Shown here piece after piece: positions 1 through 9,002 of a stretch of DNA of 20,000 bases. Under the pieces are notes generated by a model. The model ran no database searches. It saw only the letters and a program-made list of their open reading frames with translations, and was not told the origin of the DNA. Position numbers and translations under genes: made by a program. Numbering within the stretch: the first letter of the stretch is position 1; each line of letters starts with the position of its first letter. Origin of the DNA: an uncultured virus (IMG/VR IMGVR_UViG_3300023175_000022) (taxonomy: Duplodnaviria; Heunggongvirae; Uroviricota; Caudoviricetes); IMG/VR virus record IMGVR_UViG_3300023175_000022; one strand, 5' to 3'.

Positions 1-1
1 A

Positions 2-919
2 CCGGCAGGTCCTCAAGGACCGCAAGGAGAAAAAGGAGATCCGGGCGGACCAGTCGGTCCACAAGGCCTTCAAGGAGATATTGGACCAAGAGGTCCGCAA
101 GGTGTACCGGGACCACCAGGATTAAAAGGTGATAGAGGACCAACTGGTCTAAAAGGAAATAAAGGTCCAAAAGGTTTACGCGGTCTTAGAGGTTTAGAAG
201 GTCCACAAGGTATACCAGGACCAATTGGTCCAGAAGGAAAAATTGGACCAAGAGGAGAAACAGGACCTCAAGGATTACAAGGACCAAAAGGTGATATTGG
301 TCCTCAAGGTTTAACAGGTAAAATAGGTCCAAAAGGACCAAAAGGTGCTAAGGGCGCCAAAGGCCCAAAAGGTGATACAGGTCCTCAGGGTCCAGCGGGT
401 AAAGATGCACCTGATTATAAAATTCAAATTGAAGACGCATTAGACGAATTCAATAAGAAAATTCAGACAGTTCAAAAAGGCTTTGATAAAAAAGCCAGTG
501 AGATGTTTAATAGATTTGGACTGGTTGGCGCGACAGGTAGTGGTGAAGTAAAACTAAGAAGATTGGACGATGTCGAATTCGATACGCTCAATCCACCGTT
601 AGACGGCACTCTACTTACATATGATGCGGTACAGAAAAAATTTGTATTTGATACGTTTGTAGGTGTTGCATCTGCATCTGGTGTAAATTTACAAGTAACT
701 ACACTCGATGATTTTCAAACATTTACACGCGCTTTATCTGGAACAAGTTTTACAGTAGATCTAGAAGTCGAAAATCTTATAAATATTGTAGAATATTTTA
801 TTGTAAGAGATAGTGACAATGTTAGAGTATATCCAGTAATTGATAGAACGATAACTGAGATAAATATAGAATCAAACCTAGATCTAACAGGAACAACACT
901 AACTATAATTCACTACTAA
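2..919 (+). CDS. Collagen-like (Gly-X-Y) phage fibre protein, 5'-truncated by the window; includes the track ORF 503..919 as its C-terminal part
   Basis: Frame +2 is open from base 2 to TAA at 917-919 and is in frame with ATG 503. It reads [24 protein letters not shown]...GPAGKD, then a short helical segment ([26 protein letters not shown]), a [13 protein letters not shown]...DGTLLTYD fibre motif and a C-terminal beta domain. Confidence 0.92.
   Translation, partial: PAGPQGPQGEKGDPGGPVGPQGLQGDIGPRGPQGVPGPPGLKGDRGPTGLKGNKGPKGLRGLRGLEGPQGIPGPIGPEGKIGPRGETGPQGLQGPKGDIGPQGLTGKIGPKGPKGAKGAKGPKGDTGPQGPAGKDAPDYKIQIEDALDEFNKKIQTVQKGFDKKASEMFNRFGLVGATGSGEVKLRRLDDVEFDTLNPPLDGTLLTYDAVQKKFVFDTFVGVASASGVNLQVTTLDDFQTFTRALSGTSFTVDLEVENLINIVEYFIVRDSDNVRVYPVIDRTITEINIESNLDLTGTTLTIIHY
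8..406 (+). repeat. Collagen triple-helix repeat: 44 Gly-X-Y triplets with one single-Gly interruption (GDP-G-GPV)
   Basis: 9-nt periodic GGN codons. Pro is mostly in the X position (GPQ, GPK, GPR), as is typical of prokaryotic/phage collagens. Confidence 0.95.
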
Positions 920-931
920 AGGAAATAGAAG

Positions 932-2074
932 ATGGCATCAAAAGAATACTATCATGATATTGATCTAGTAAAAGTAGGTCAACTAGTCAATGCCCGTATC
1001 CAAAATGTCACCACCACAGAAAGAACTACTTTAGGTGGAGGTCTTGGTAGCGGCAACGTAGGTTTACAAGTATTTGATACTACTGTTGCAGCGCCATTTA
1101 TTTGGGATGGTAGCGCGTGGGTAAGAGATGCGCTTACTGTTTCTGGTGACGTTGTATACAAAGGCGTTATTAACCCATCAAATGCTGGTACAGTTAACAA
1201 AGAAGCTGGTTTTCAATATGTAGTTGATACAGCCGGTACTTTGACAGCAGGTGGTGTCACATTCTCACCATCAGGCGTTGTTGAAGTTGGAGATATTGTA
1301 CTCTTTACTTCTGCTACTGACGCATCTGTAATTCAACGAAATGTTGAAGGCGCAACAGATGCAGTCGCTGGTATTATTGAGCTAGCTACGCAAAGCGAAG
1401 TTAATACTGGTACAGATACTACTAGAGCAATTACTCCTGCTACATTGGCTGGTTCTACTCTAGCTAGTAACGTTAGCACTAATCAGTCTAACATCTCTAC
1501 ACTGCAAACAGATGTCACAAATCTGCAGACGTATGCTGCTAATAACGCCGGTGATATTGCGACTCTTCAGACAGATGTAACTAATCTACAAACCTACGCT
1601 GCCAATAATGCTGGTGATATTGCAACTCTGCAAACGCAGATGACTGCAATACAAACTTATGCTGCTAATAATGCCAGTGATATTGCTACACTACAAACTA
1701 GCGTAACTAACCTACAGACATATGCTGCTAATAATGCTGGCGACATCGCTACATTACAGACGCAGATGACTGCAGTACAAACTTACGCAGCTAATAATGC
1801 TTCTGACATTGCAACATTGCAATCACAAGTATCATCGCTTTCTAGTTCAGCGGTAAAAGTGTATAGCAACGCTAACGTTTCGATTAGTCAGGGTTCGGCG
1901 ACGACAATTACTCACAACCTCGATCTCTCTGATCCTAACTTCTTTACGATTAGAGTTGCAGATACAAATGGATCGTCTATTAGTGTGGATGTCGATGCAG
2001 TTACTTCGAACACCATTACACTAACCTCACTTGTCCAGTTGGCGGGAGTAAAAGTCTTTATCGTCGGTGCATAA
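932..2074 (+). CDS. Phage fibre/structural protein with a T4 gp34-like repeat, a trimeric coiled-coil stalk and a C-terminal THNL beta domain (380 aa)
   Basis: AGGA SD at 920-923. ATDAVAGIIELATQSEVNTGTDTTRAITPATL (1352-1447) matches the T4 gp34/gp12-type fibre repeat. Contains 21-aa heptad repeats and a C-terminal TITHNLD...VDVDAVTSNTITLT domain. Confidence 0.85.
   Translation: MASKEYYHDIDLVKVGQLVNARIQNVTTTERTTLGGGLGSGNVGLQVFDTTVAAPFIWDGSAWVRDALTVSGDVVYKGVINPSNAGTVNKEAGFQYVVDTAGTLTAGGVTFSPSGVVEVGDIVLFTSATDASVIQRNVEGATDAVAGIIELATQSEVNTGTDTTRAITPATLAGSTLASNVSTNQSNISTLQTDVTNLQTYAANNAGDIATLQTDVTNLQTYAANNAGDIATLQTQMTAIQTYAANNASDIATLQTSVTNLQTYAANNAGDIATLQTQMTAVQTYAANNASDIATLQSQVSSLSSSAVKVYSNANVSISQGSATTITHNLDLSDPNFFTIRVADTNGSSISVDVDAVTSNTITLTSLVQLAGVKVFIVGA
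1490..1840 (+). repeat. Five tandem 63-nt (21-aa) repeats DIATLQTxxTxxQTYAANNA[GS] plus a partial sixth
   Basis: Directly visible in the translation. Units start at 1490, 1553, 1616, 1679, 1742 and 1805, and DNA copies differ mostly at synonymous sites. Confidence 0.95.
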
Positions 2075-2096
2075 TAACTCATAATTTGGATTTATT

Positions 2097-4217
2097 ATGT
2101 CAGACAAATTATTTACTGGGTTACAGCTACCGCATTTAGCTAATAGTCAAGCTCGAGCCTCAGATGATGGTTTTCTGAGGCTTTATTTTAAAAATGATGA
2201 TCTTTATGCAGTAAATACATCCGGTGGGGATAATCGCCTCACCGGTGATTTTCTTGATGTCGGTCTAATAGACTCATCAAATGTTTCATCAAATGTAGTT
2301 TCGTCTGTTAGTTCTCTCAGATTTGGCACAGATGGCGGCTTTACAGTCGAAGATCTGGGTTCAGGTCAAGTCAAAGTTAGTCTAAACTCTACCTTTAAAT
2401 ATTGGTCAGTCGCGGGCCAAAACACTGTTATTGCCGAAGGCCTTGACACTGTTGAACTCGTTGCTGGCGAAAATATTATTATTACTACCAACGCATCAGC
2501 AAAAAGCGTTGAGTTTAGTACATCAAATACCCTCGCTGAAATTGTTATATCAGAAACGTCTCCCGCGGGCGCCAGTGTGGGCGATTTGTGGTTTGATCCA
2601 AGCAATCTAAAAACCTACATATACTATGATGATAGTTCATCAACACAGTGGGTTGAGATAGGTGGATCGACCGTTGTCAGTACAACAGGCTCTATCAGCG
2701 ATGCGAATCTGATATACGATGGTGTGATATCAGAGCATCTCATACCAGATACAGATGTGACATATGATTTAGGTTCTGCTAATAATAGATTTAGAGATTT
2801 GTATTTGTCGGGTAATACAATTTATCTTGGCGATACAACTTTTTCAACAGATAAAATACTCGACTTCGATTTAGCTATCGATCCAGAAGTTTTTAGAATC
2901 AACGTAGATTTCCCGCTAGCTGGTCATGGTTATTCTCCAAATAATTGGAAATGGACGTGGGATGCAGGTCGAGTTGCATACACACGATTGGCGATAAGAG
3001 GTATTGATCAAGCGAGTGTTCCTCTCTATGCCACTGGGGAATATACTGTGTTCAATTTTGCTGCGCATGAAATGACTGGCAATATGACACAGACTCATAA
3101 AATATATTTAAAGTGGATTGAAGGTGCTGGTTTAGATAACGTACCAACTTGGTCGACCTCGACACTCAATGTGACTGGTATATCTCATCCTCAAATCAGA
3201 GGCGGAGCAACAACAGAAGTACAAAGACTATTCATCGATATTCCTGATGTAATAACTCCTCCCACTCTCGTAGCTCCCAATGTAGAATACGATGTATCAG
3301 TTTTAAATATCGGAGCCTTTACTTTTTCAAACACGGCGATGGGTGATAATCCTACACTCGGTCCTGTGTATCGAGGCGGTACATATACATTCAATCTCGA
3401 CGTCAGCGGTCACCCATTCTATCTGACAACTGATAACGGCAATAACTTTTCTTCAGGTACCTATTACGGTGAATATACTGATGGTGTCACTGGCTCTCGA
3501 AATCAAACTGGTACACTCGTTCTAAACGTAGCTAATGACGCACCTAATACTATATTCTATCAGTGTGGTGTACACTCGAGTATGAGAGGAGAAATTGAAG
3601 TCAGAGATCTCGAAGTTGAAACGTGGCCTAATGGCAATTATAAACTATATTTCCAACACGATCAAGAAGGACATTCTACACCTGTAGAAATTAAACCAAA
3701 ACCAACGATTAATGACATCGATAATGTTTGTTTGATATATGACGGTGCTCACTCTAAATTTAAAGTAAAGGATATGGGCGAATACGTAGACGATACTGTT
3801 CAGTTTCAGTCTAAAATTGAAGATATCGTAACAACGCAGACAGTGAATAATGTGACTGCTAATCAGGTGAGTACACAAATCAGAGACGAAATCGAGTATG
3901 TAATTAACTCTCACACAACAGGCATTCTCGATATCCTGACTGGTACGAAGAGATGGTACGCACCTTACAATATTACTATTACAGAAATTACTGCAAATTT
4001 GGGTGTAGCGGCAGATGATATAGTAACCGCAGTAATTAATTCAGGAGGTTCAACTCTACAAACTATAAATATAACCGCAGGACAACAATCTACGTCTTTA
4101 ACTGGCCTCAGTTTATCAGTATTAAATGGTGGGTATTTAACTATTGATGTGACAGCAGTTGGTACAACAAATAAAGGCGAAGATTTGTATATACAAATAA
4201 AATATAGGAGAACATGA
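2097..4217 (+). CDS. Modular fibre/virion protein with cupredoxin-like domain(s); gene 1 of cassette A (706 aa)
   Basis: Contains a GDLWFD...YIYYDD...QWV module, a YDLGS..RF..LYLSGNTIYLG fibre motif, and a GHPFYL...YQCGVHSSMRG type-1 copper motif. Its C-terminal domain (TGTKRWY...GGYLTIDVTAVGTTNKGEDLYIQIKY) is shared with 7954..8997. Confidence 0.85.
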   Translation: MSDKLFTGLQLPHLANSQARASDDGFLRLYFKNDDLYAVNTSGGDNRLTGDFLDVGLIDSSNVSSNVVSSVSSLRFGTDGGFTVEDLGSGQVKVSLNSTFKYWSVAGQNTVIAEGLDTVELVAGENIIITTNASAKSVEFSTSNTLAEIVISETSPAGASVGDLWFDPSNLKTYIYYDDSSSTQWVEIGGSTVVSTTGSISDANLIYDGVISEHLIPDTDVTYDLGSANNRFRDLYLSGNTIYLGDTTFSTDKILDFDLAIDPEVFRINVDFPLAGHGYSPNNWKWTWDAGRVAYTRLAIRGIDQASVPLYATGEYTVFNFAAHEMTGNMTQTHKIYLKWIEGAGLDNVPTWSTSTLNVTGISHPQIRGGATTEVQRLFIDIPDVITPPTLVAPNVEYDVSVLNIGAFTFSNTAMGDNPTLGPVYRGGTYTFNLDVSGHPFYLTTDNGNNFSSGTYYGEYTDGVTGSRNQTGTLVLNVANDAPNTIFYQCGVHSSMRGEIEVRDLEVETWPNGNYKLYFQHDQEGHSTPVEIKPKPTINDIDNVCLIYDGAHSKFKVKDMGEYVDDTVQFQSKIEDIVTTQTVNNVTANQVSTQIRDEIEYVINSHTTGILDILTGTKRWYAPYNITITEITANLGVAADDIVTAVINSGGSTLQTINITAGQQSTSLTGLSLSVLNGGYLTIDVTAVGTTNKGEDLYIQIKYRRT

Positions 4218-4453
4218 TGGAGTTTATTATCGAAGAAAATTTAGATAATCCATCTGAACAAGAAAAATACTTTGCTACGCTCGAAGATGGCGAAGCCAAA
4301 ATATATCGTATTAGTCTTGAAGATTCTTCTCATACACTTTTAATGGTACAACCATGGTATCCAGCGACAAATGGAACTCGAGTGCCATGGGATGATTTAA
4401 ATCAAGTGGTCAATTGGTATCAAGAGATCACTACCGGAGAGCAAAATGCCTAA
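4214..4453 (+). CDS. Small acidic hypothetical protein (79 aa); gene 2 of cassette A, paralogue of 9003..9242
   Basis: AGGAG SD at 4206-4210. ATGA overlap with the upstream stop and an 8-nt overlap with the downstream gene. Motifs ATLEDG.A and QPW....G.R..W.D...VV.W are conserved in the paralogue. Confidence 0.85.
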   Translation: MMEFIIEENLDNPSEQEKYFATLEDGEAKIYRISLEDSSHTLLMVQPWYPATNGTRVPWDDLNQVVNWYQEITTGEQNA

Positions 4454-6251
4454 GATTAAAGATCCACATCGCAATATAATTGCTGTCCTAGAAGATCCAC
4501 GACCTGGCAGAAATCAAATATATTTTTATGGAGATGCTCATGATAAAACAACTCTATCTCCTATTTTTAATAAGCACGCAAAATTTGGTACAGGTTTTCA
4601 GCCAATAACAAGGCATGGTTATTCTACGTGGGGAGGAATTAATGCTGGCGGTATGCATGGCGGTGTACTTGCAACATCAAAAGAATGTGTAACAATGAAT
4701 GGCACTACCACTACTGGTAATAGTGTTCAATGTAATATTATGCCTGGACCAATTATGTCAATGGATCCGGATCGACCATACAGACCTGCGATGTGGACAA
4801 CTGAAAATGGTATTACTAGCTTAATACTGAGTTCTACGAGTGGTGCTTCATATTCACGTGAACACAAATATTGGTCTAATATTAGTGTTGATGCAGAAAT
4901 CAGCGAAGTTTCTATCACTGGCGGATTTTCCTATAGCAACGGGCCCGGAGGATATACTGAAATAAATCATCCAGGTGAAGTTTTATATAAAATGCCTGGA
5001 ACCAATTATTATTCAGGAGTTTATCATAGAGATGGAGGTGCACAAAGAGGTAATGTGAGAGGAAATTTCCATCGGGTTGGTTTAATGAGAGCAGGTCCAT
5101 TTCCACAATGGACATCAACTGATATTGGTTCTCGCCGAGATTATAACTTCTTTCAGTTTATTGGACCATCTGATATAGATGATAGACCAATTTGGTTACT
5201 CACTGATTATCGCTATGACCGTCTGCATTATATATTAAGACATAATGTAGATCTTAATACAGAAACAGTATTACATACTTTTAATACTATACCTTCTGCT
5301 TCTGGTAATAATTATGGCGGTGAACGATCTATGTCGACTGGCTTAGATCAGCAACATAAAGCGTCATCAAAGGTATTCGATGATGTTTTAAGTGCAGGTA
5401 ATAAAGCTTGGTATACACCGTATTTTGATACAAGCAATAATTATTTTCCATTCTATTTCCAATGGGAAAAATCTACAGATACATTTGTAAGGAATGAAGA
5501 TGTAACAGTTAGCGGAGATTTAAGTTCTACATATCTCAACGACGGTTTAGGTATTCAAGGCGGCGACGGCTGTTTTAATTCTATGCTGTATAATGAAGTT
5601 CATTCATATGGTGGAAACAAATATATTACCCTATTCCCTCTCGAAGGATCATATGCAGCTCATGACTCTGTACCCGGAGGCCGCACATTTGTAACATACT
5701 CGATTGATGCGGCTAATCCAAAAGCATTAACACATCATAGCCATGAAATTGCAACACATACAATTAGAAATATTATATGGTTAAACGATTCGCGAACTCT
5801 TTTGGGTGTTTTCCACTATTCTAATTTTGCTATCTACAATTTTGATGCTGTAAATGGTTGGACAGAATCCGGCCGCATACCATATGGGCTAGGTAGTGTA
5901 GGCAGAGATTCTACAGATAGAATTTTTGCTTTTGTTAATGAAGGAGATTCATACGGAACAATTCACCAAATAACTCCGACTGTTCCGATTAATGTGACAA
6001 TTACACCTGCACAAGCTTCTTATAATTATACCGGATCAAATATTAATTCAACTATTGCAGTTAGTGCATTTGGTATAGATGGTAATAGAATCGCTACAAC
6101 AGTAAATCTATCGATTAATGGTTCTACTCTTACATTTAGTGGAGGAGCTACTACTACATCTATCACTACATCATCGAGCGCTGATACCAATGTTGATATC
6201 GTAGTTACTGGAGCTGGACTTTCTGATATCCTAGCAAACATTGATGTGTAA
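4446..6251 (+). CDS. Beta-rich (possibly beta-propeller) virion/adhesin-associated protein with a C-terminal Ig-like domain; gene 3 of cassette A (601 aa)
   Basis: Long ORF with GGAG upstream. End-to-end similarity to 9252..11099 (HDK.TL.PIF, SMDP, PYFDT, QW.K.TDTF.RNED, GRTF.TY, GRDSTDRI, SYNYTG.NINST, TFSGGATTTSITTS). The fold is an inference. Confidence 0.8.
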   Translation: MPKIKDPHRNIIAVLEDPRPGRNQIYFYGDAHDKTTLSPIFNKHAKFGTGFQPITRHGYSTWGGINAGGMHGGVLATSKECVTMNGTTTTGNSVQCNIMPGPIMSMDPDRPYRPAMWTTENGITSLILSSTSGASYSREHKYWSNISVDAEISEVSITGGFSYSNGPGGYTEINHPGEVLYKMPGTNYYSGVYHRDGGAQRGNVRGNFHRVGLMRAGPFPQWTSTDIGSRRDYNFFQFIGPSDIDDRPIWLLTDYRYDRLHYILRHNVDLNTETVLHTFNTIPSASGNNYGGERSMSTGLDQQHKASSKVFDDVLSAGNKAWYTPYFDTSNNYFPFYFQWEKSTDTFVRNEDVTVSGDLSSTYLNDGLGIQGGDGCFNSMLYNEVHSYGGNKYITLFPLEGSYAAHDSVPGGRTFVTYSIDAANPKALTHHSHEIATHTIRNIIWLNDSRTLLGVFHYSNFAIYNFDAVNGWTESGRIPYGLGSVGRDSTDRIFAFVNEGDSYGTIHQITPTVPINVTITPAQASYNYTGSNINSTIAVSAFGIDGNRIATTVNLSINGSTLTFSGGATTTSITTSSSADTNVDIVVTGAGLSDILANIDV

Positions 6252-6253
6252 AT

Positions 6254-7375
6254 ATGGCTGCATCTACAACTACTGCCTATTCATTTTTATCAAACGATTA
6301 TCGTGACGATAATACTTTAGGCGTACCGTACAAAGGTACATCAATTAGATCTACGAGAACTGGCTTAGATCTTCAATCACAAGGCACGCAGCAATTTAAA
6401 CTATATATTGGAGACGACGAGCCCACTGTCACCGCTCAAATGGGTGGTTATCGATTAGATACTGAAGGAAATAGAACTCTGCAAGGATTTGTCAATGCTC
6501 ATAGTGCTATGAGTCATCTTGATATTTCCAATCACACTTCAGGCGGCACGATCAATGATTTTTATATTAATACTAATTGGACTGCCGTCAATAGAAATAC
6601 TATTGATGGTTTAAGTTGTATCGATCTATCTGCAACCGCTAGTATTTCTAATTCAACAACTACTACTTTACCTCAAAATTATACACTGTTTTGTGTATGG
6701 TATCCACGTGTTTCGAATAGCGGTTGGAGAACATTGTGGCGTGGTAATAATGACCATAAGGTCATCGTAAATAATAATGCTACAGATTTGGGTATGTATT
6801 CTAATCGTAATGGAGCATTTAGAGACACAGGTTATAACATCTCTATTCAATGGCAATCTTTAATTGTAGTTGGCAATGGATCTAGCGCTACGTCATATAG
6901 TGGTACTCAAACATTTTATGTAAATGGCACAAATGTTGGCACTACAGATCGAGTCGGTAGCGGTACAACAATTGATATTTTTGGTTGGTCAGGTCAAAAT
7001 CCCGGATATTTTAGAGAAATCGGTGTATTGGGCGAGGCACTATCGACAACAGATGTTGCAACTCTCGAGGCATTTTTATCCGGATCAGTTTCAGGAAATA
7101 CTGCAGTTACACACTTTTCTTCTCCTTTAGCAGCAGATCAAAGTTTGATAGAATATAGTTCAAATACATTTACTCAATTTACACACAACAATATATTAAA
7201 TGTACTAAAACCGTCAACTACTAGTATAATAAGTACTGTACCAGAACCAGAATTTTCATTTGATAAAACAATCCGAATTACTGCAGCTAATAAAATTCAA
7301 CCAACTCTACAAAGCGGAGGAGGTAGCGGCGGAGGTGGCGGTACCGGTACCGTCGAAAAACAAATATGGTATTAG
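6254..7375 (+). CDS. LamG/concanavalin A-like jelly-roll domain protein; gene 4 of cassette A (373 aa)
   Basis: YTLFCVW...WQSLIVV...FYVNGT...GYFREIGVLGEALSTTDVATLEAFL matches the Laminin_G_3-like pattern. Ends in GGGSGGGGGTGTVEKQIWY. Confidence 0.78.
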   Translation: MAASTTTAYSFLSNDYRDDNTLGVPYKGTSIRSTRTGLDLQSQGTQQFKLYIGDDEPTVTAQMGGYRLDTEGNRTLQGFVNAHSAMSHLDISNHTSGGTINDFYINTNWTAVNRNTIDGLSCIDLSATASISNSTTTTLPQNYTLFCVWYPRVSNSGWRTLWRGNNDHKVIVNNNATDLGMYSNRNGAFRDTGYNISIQWQSLIVVGNGSSATSYSGTQTFYVNGTNVGTTDRVGSGTTIDIFGWSGQNPGYFREIGVLGEALSTTDVATLEAFLSGSVSGNTAVTHFSSPLAADQSLIEYSSNTFTQFTHNNILNVLKPSTTSIISTVPEPEFSFDKTIRITAANKIQPTLQSGGGSGGGGGTGTVEKQIWY

Positions 7376-7378
7376 ATT

Positions 7379-7948
7379 ATGATAAATTATCTTTTAGATG
7401 TAAACAAAAACCCGTTTTTTATTGAGACGAAAATTGATATACAAGATATATTTAAAAAACACCAAAATAATATTATCGAAGGTTTTGGTAATAAGATAGA
7501 CGAGTACTCAAATTTAAAAAACCCTGTTTATAGTGTTGGTTATGATGATGCACATCTTGAATTAATACCTAAATACGAGGCTGCAATAGGAAATATATTT
7601 TATTTAGCTGGTGAAGATAAATCATATAAGATGAAATCGTGGACATATGTTCAAACACCTGAAAAACAATTTACTTGGAAATTTCATCATCATAATCATG
7701 GAGATATAAAACCAAATTTATGTACGGTTACATATTTTAATGTGCCCAAATCGGGCGGACAATTCTGTTTTAAGTATGATGATGAAGAATATATAATACA
7801 GATAAGAGAAAATTACTTATACATTTTTCCACCATGGTTAATGCATACACCGTTACCGCATACTGGCGACGAAACTAGAATATGTTTAAACTGTGATTTT
7901 TATACAGATAGTAAATCAGTTTTTAAAGAGTTCGATCATTACTGGTAA
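7379..7948 (+). CDS. Putative 2OG-Fe(II) oxygenase (HxH-type, 2OG-FeII_Oxy_5-like; 189 aa)
   Basis: H105-N-H107, TVTYFNVP..GG.F, YIFPPWLMH156TP.P and R167ICLN give the double-stranded beta-helix signature of phage/bacterial 2OG oxygenases. Visibly more AT-rich than the flanking genes. Confidence 0.85.
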   Translation: MINYLLDVNKNPFFIETKIDIQDIFKKHQNNIIEGFGNKIDEYSNLKNPVYSVGYDDAHLELIPKYEAAIGNIFYLAGEDKSYKMKSWTYVQTPEKQFTWKFHHHNHGDIKPNLCTVTYFNVPKSGGQFCFKYDDEEYIIQIRENYLYIFPPWLMHTPLPHTGDETRICLNCDFYTDSKSVFKEFDHYW

Positions 7949-7953
7949 AATAA

Positions 7954-8997
7954 ATGGCACAAATAGATTTTCCAAATAGTCCTATCAATGGTCAAACCGT
8001 TACAGTTAACGGTGTTGTCTATACGTATGATAGTACTAAAAGCCGTTGGAATCGAACTGTCAATATTAGCTCCGGGGGCGGGGGCGGAGGCGCCTCTGTA
8101 ACTGTTGGTACTACAGCTCCTACTTCTCCTAGCAATGGAGATTTATGGTTTGATTCAGAAGATTTATTGTTGTACATGTATTATGCCGATGGGTCTTCGA
8201 ATCAATGGGTTCAAGTCGTACCTTCAGGCACATCATTATCATCAGGTGTAAATCCACCTACAACAGCAGATGCTGGTGACTTATGGTTTGATCCTACTGA
8301 TTTAATATTATACGTTCTATACAATGATGGTAGTTCATCGCAATGGGTAAAAGTAACTCCCGGTGGTGGAAGTAGTAGTGCAAATACTCTTAGTTTATCT
8401 GATTTAAGTGTCACACAAAATCCCGCATCAAATACTGGTACACTTTCGTATGATACTGTAAATGGTGTTTTTACTTACACACCACCAGATCTCACATCTT
8501 TCCTCACATCAGTAAATTATAGTGAAGTAGCAAATACACCGACAAATGTTAGCGAATTTGTGAATGACTCGGGATATATTACTAATTATGTCGTGACAGC
8601 AAATGACGTAATTCAGTATGAAGCTAATTTAACAATTGATTATGCACAGTTGACTAATACACCCACTGATGTAGATGATTATATTAGAGCGTATCGGTAT
8701 CAAGGTGCTCTGACTATAAATACTGGTACGAAGAGATTTTATTTACACGACAGTTATACTTTATCGAATATCTATGCTTATGTAGATACTGCTCCAGTTG
8801 GAGCTGATATAAATTTAACTGCAAGAAAAAACGGTGTCTCTTTACAGAATTTTTCTATAGCAGATGGTAATAATGCTGGTGCTACGACGAGTTTATCTCA
8901 TTCATTTGTAGCTGGAGATTATGTAACAGTAGATATCACACAGATTGGATCAACTACAGCAGGTGAGAACTTGTATGTTGTGTTTGTATTTAGGTAA
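7954..8997 (+). CDS. Short modular fibre protein; gene 1 of cassette B (347 aa)
   Basis: N-terminal MAQIDFPNSP.NG...NG.VYTY...W module, two GDLWFD modules, and LSYD..GVFTYTPP and PTNVSEFVNDSGYIT fibre motifs. C-terminal domain (TGTKRFY...GDYVTVDITQIGSTTAGENLYVVFVF) is homologous to that of 2097..4217. Confidence 0.85.
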   Translation: MAQIDFPNSPINGQTVTVNGVVYTYDSTKSRWNRTVNISSGGGGGGASVTVGTTAPTSPSNGDLWFDSEDLLLYMYYADGSSNQWVQVVPSGTSLSSGVNPPTTADAGDLWFDPTDLILYVLYNDGSSSQWVKVTPGGGSSSANTLSLSDLSVTQNPASNTGTLSYDTVNGVFTYTPPDLTSFLTSVNYSEVANTPTNVSEFVNDSGYITNYVVTANDVIQYEANLTIDYAQLTNTPTDVDDYIRAYRYQGALTINTGTKRFYLHDSYTLSNIYAYVDTAPVGADINLTARKNGVSLQNFSIADGNNAGATTSLSHSFVAGDYVTVDITQIGSTTAGENLYVVFVFR

Positions 8998-9002
8998 TAA
9001 AT

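Noticed and set aside
503..919. ATG 503 as the start of a standalone 138-aa gene
   Set aside because: The same frame is open from base 2 and encodes the collagen repeat, so the true start lies upstream of the window.
1490..1840. CRISPR-like array from the 63-nt periodicity
   Set aside because: The repeats are in-frame coding units with synonymous variation and no unique spacers.
3285..3612. Calling the copper motif a plastocyanin (petE) auxiliary metabolic gene
   Set aside because: It is an internal domain of a 706-aa fibre protein, has no signal peptide, and has CxxHxxM spacing rather than the plastocyanin CxxHxxxxM.
7406..7420. AAAAAC-CC-GTTTTTT as an intrinsic terminator
   Set aside because: Almost entirely A/U stem with a 2-nt loop, inside a coding region. 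No convincing GC-rich terminator was seen anywhere in the window.
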